DNA from: Mobula hypostoma
Taxonomy: Eukaryota
Direction: 5' to 3'
Length of the DNA: 64,000 bases
Assembly (NCBI RefSeq): GCF_963921235.1
Contig: NC_086108.1
Location: 108,502,001-108,566,000 of the forward strand
Shown here: positions 62,132 to 64,000 of the stretch, piece by piece
How positions within the stretch are numbered: the first letter of the stretch is position 1
Layout of the letters: the number at the start of each line of letters is the position of its first letter
Position numbers and translations under genes: made by a program
The notes under the pieces: model-generated
What the model saw: only the letters and a program-made list of their open reading frames with translations
Databases searched by the model: none
What the model was told of the DNA's origin: nothing

Positions 62132-62673
62132 CACGGGGCGGCTGCATGACCAACATCAGGAGAGATTAGACCGGCACCCGCCCTTGAGCAGGTTACTGAT
62201 TTGGAGGATGAGGACATGGGGATGTGGTATATGCTGACTTTTGCTAGCTCCCCACTGATTGAGGAAGAGACTCCCAACCCTTCTCACACTGAGTCAGGTG
62301 AAATCGGGGGCGGGGGGGGGTAGGGTATCTGTGGACGGCCTGGGTTTCAGCAGGGCCTTGTAAGGGATGAAGTGGGGCTCAGCCAAGGGACAGAGGGGTC
62401 TGAGTTGCAGGTGATAGGCCAAGGAAGGCCTTGCCAGGTAGATCAGAAGTATCCCCAGTAGTGTCGGAATATGAAGAGGTAGATGAGGGGGACCAGAGGT
62501 CCCAGAGAATTAGGAGATCACCGGATAGGCTGGCCTATGTAGCACTGGGAGAACAGAGTGGTCCCTACCACTTTGGGGAGCTCTGTCACTGCCTTTTACA
62601 CCTGAGTTGGAATTTGTGCTTTGCAGGAAGGGTTGCCAAATTATCTCAAAGTCATGAGGACATGACTAAATTT

Positions 62674-62687
62674 GGTGGGGGGGAGAG
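62674..62687 (+). promoter_or_regulatory. Polypurine tract preceded by an agtcatg/catgact hairpin
   Basis: ggtgggggggagag lies directly before the 3'LTR start. Inverted repeat at 62650-62667. Confidence 0.75.
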
Positions 62688-64000
62688 CGTAACGCTCTGC
62701 TAATGTAATGGTTTCTCTGTAGCAGCAGAGTTTGGGTTATGACTAGAGATAATGGGAGCTTTGGAATGTGCGGTGTCCGATGAAGGGAGGTTTTTCTTTC
62801 TTGTGTGCCCGAGTGTGAGGGAAACTGTTTTATATAAAGGGTGGTGTGTATTTTATTTATATTTATTTTATAGCGATACCGCACAGAATGGGCACTTTCA
62901 GCCCACTGATCTGCCCTGTTCAACAACATACCTATCTAACATTAGCCTAATCACAGGACTTGGGTGTTGGAGTGGAGATATGTCTCTACCAAAGAGGTAT
63001 AAGGTGCTCCTTCCCTCCACCAGCCTGCAGGTCACCCTTGGACAAGGTGTAGCACCATCTTAGCCCAATCAGGGTCATGTAAAACCATGGGACCAGGTGG
63101 TGGATGTTCGCATGAGCAGCTCGTGCATATCACAAGTCTGGGTTATGTGACCACTCACAGCAGGCAGACAATCTTGGAAGAGTATTAACAATGGCTTTGG
63201 TCATCTGTCTTGTAAAGCCACTGCCCAGAAGAAGGCAATGGCAAACCATTTCTGTAGAAAAGAACAGCCATGGTCATGGATAAGACCATGATCAATAACA
63301 TCATATGACACGGCGCATAATGATTATGATAATGAATCACAGGTCATGATAATGACCAATTAACCTACTGCCTGGACTATAGGAGGAAACCAGTGCACCC
63401 GGAGGGAACCTGCCCATACAGGAGAGGAATGCACAAACTTTCTTCTAGAGAATGCTGGAATTGAACTCCAAACTCAGCTGTAAAAGTATTGTGCTAACAA
63501 CTATATTACTGTGGCAGCCCGTGTATATGGAATAAGTTGCATGAGGAAGTGGTTGAGAAAGACCCAGTACAACTTTTAAAATATATTTGGACAGGTACAT
63601 AGGGGGGAAAGGTTTAGAGCAAAATTGTCCAAACACAGGCCATTGTAAAGTAGCTTAGAATGGCTTATTGGTCCGTATGGAACAGTTGGGCTGAATGGCC
63701 TGCAGGACTCCATGACTCGGCAACAAGTTCTTATGGACAACAACATGATGACTCGGGGAAAATAAGGACAAATGTCATGGCGGGCATTGTATTTGGAATG
63801 TGACATCAAACCCCACCCACGCCTACTCTAAACAACCTCCTTCACAACATATTCCCGTGATATTAAATCTGGTTCTGATACTCTCTTAGATGGACTTAAA
63901 TAGTTGCATTCAAACCTGGACTGGCCACTCTGGCAGTCCTGGCAATCCTCAGAGGGTCTGGTGCATTTCAGAGATGGTGCGCTGGTCTATCAAAGGAAAA

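Larger units (their letters stand above)
56350..62830 (+). mobile_element. Gypsy/Ty3 LTR retrotransposon, decayed: 5'LTR, PBS, PNMA-like gag, PR-RT-RH-IN pol, PPT and truncated 3'LTR
   Basis: LTRs at 56350-56909 and 62688 to about 62830. Protease IIDTGSQV, RT FQFERMPQG, RNase H LHIDASREGLGGVLYQ and VRTDNNPL, integrase HDISGHLG..RFYWP. Many stops and frameshifts. Confidence 0.93.

Noticed and set aside
62846..62850. gtgta as right TSD of the Gypsy element
   Set aside because: The 3'LTR end is deleted, so the match to 56345-56349 cannot be anchored.

Overview
This is eukaryotic, transposon-dense genomic DNA. The repeat repertoire (CR1 LINEs, Rex1/Babar LINEs, HE1/V-SINE-like tRNA SINEs, Penelope elements) suggests a cartilaginous fish, probably a ray; this is an inference. 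No intact host gene could be identified. Main contents: (1) A young CR1 LINE (8981-12182) with an uninterrupted APE-RT ORF2. The end of ORF1 carries a canonical U_UUA_AAC slippery heptamer directly before its stop codon, ORF2 lies in the -1 frame, and ORF2 has no AUG until codon 211. This makes it a candidate for -1 ribosomal frameshifting in a LINE. (2) An apparently full-length processed pseudogene of PRR13 (5'UTR with uORF, poly-A signal, poly-A, TSD) inserted inside another CR1 copy. (3) Penelope elements and short fold-back derivatives carrying minimal hammerhead ribozyme motifs. (4) A decayed Gypsy LTR element with a PNMA-like gag and tRNA-Pro PBS, plus a related solo LTR. (5) An R4/Dong-clade remnant in a four-level nest. 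(6) Tc1-like remnants, SINEs and two unrelated 29-bp minisatellites. Family assignments come from recognising motifs by eye, not from database searches, and the boundaries of old repeats are approximate.
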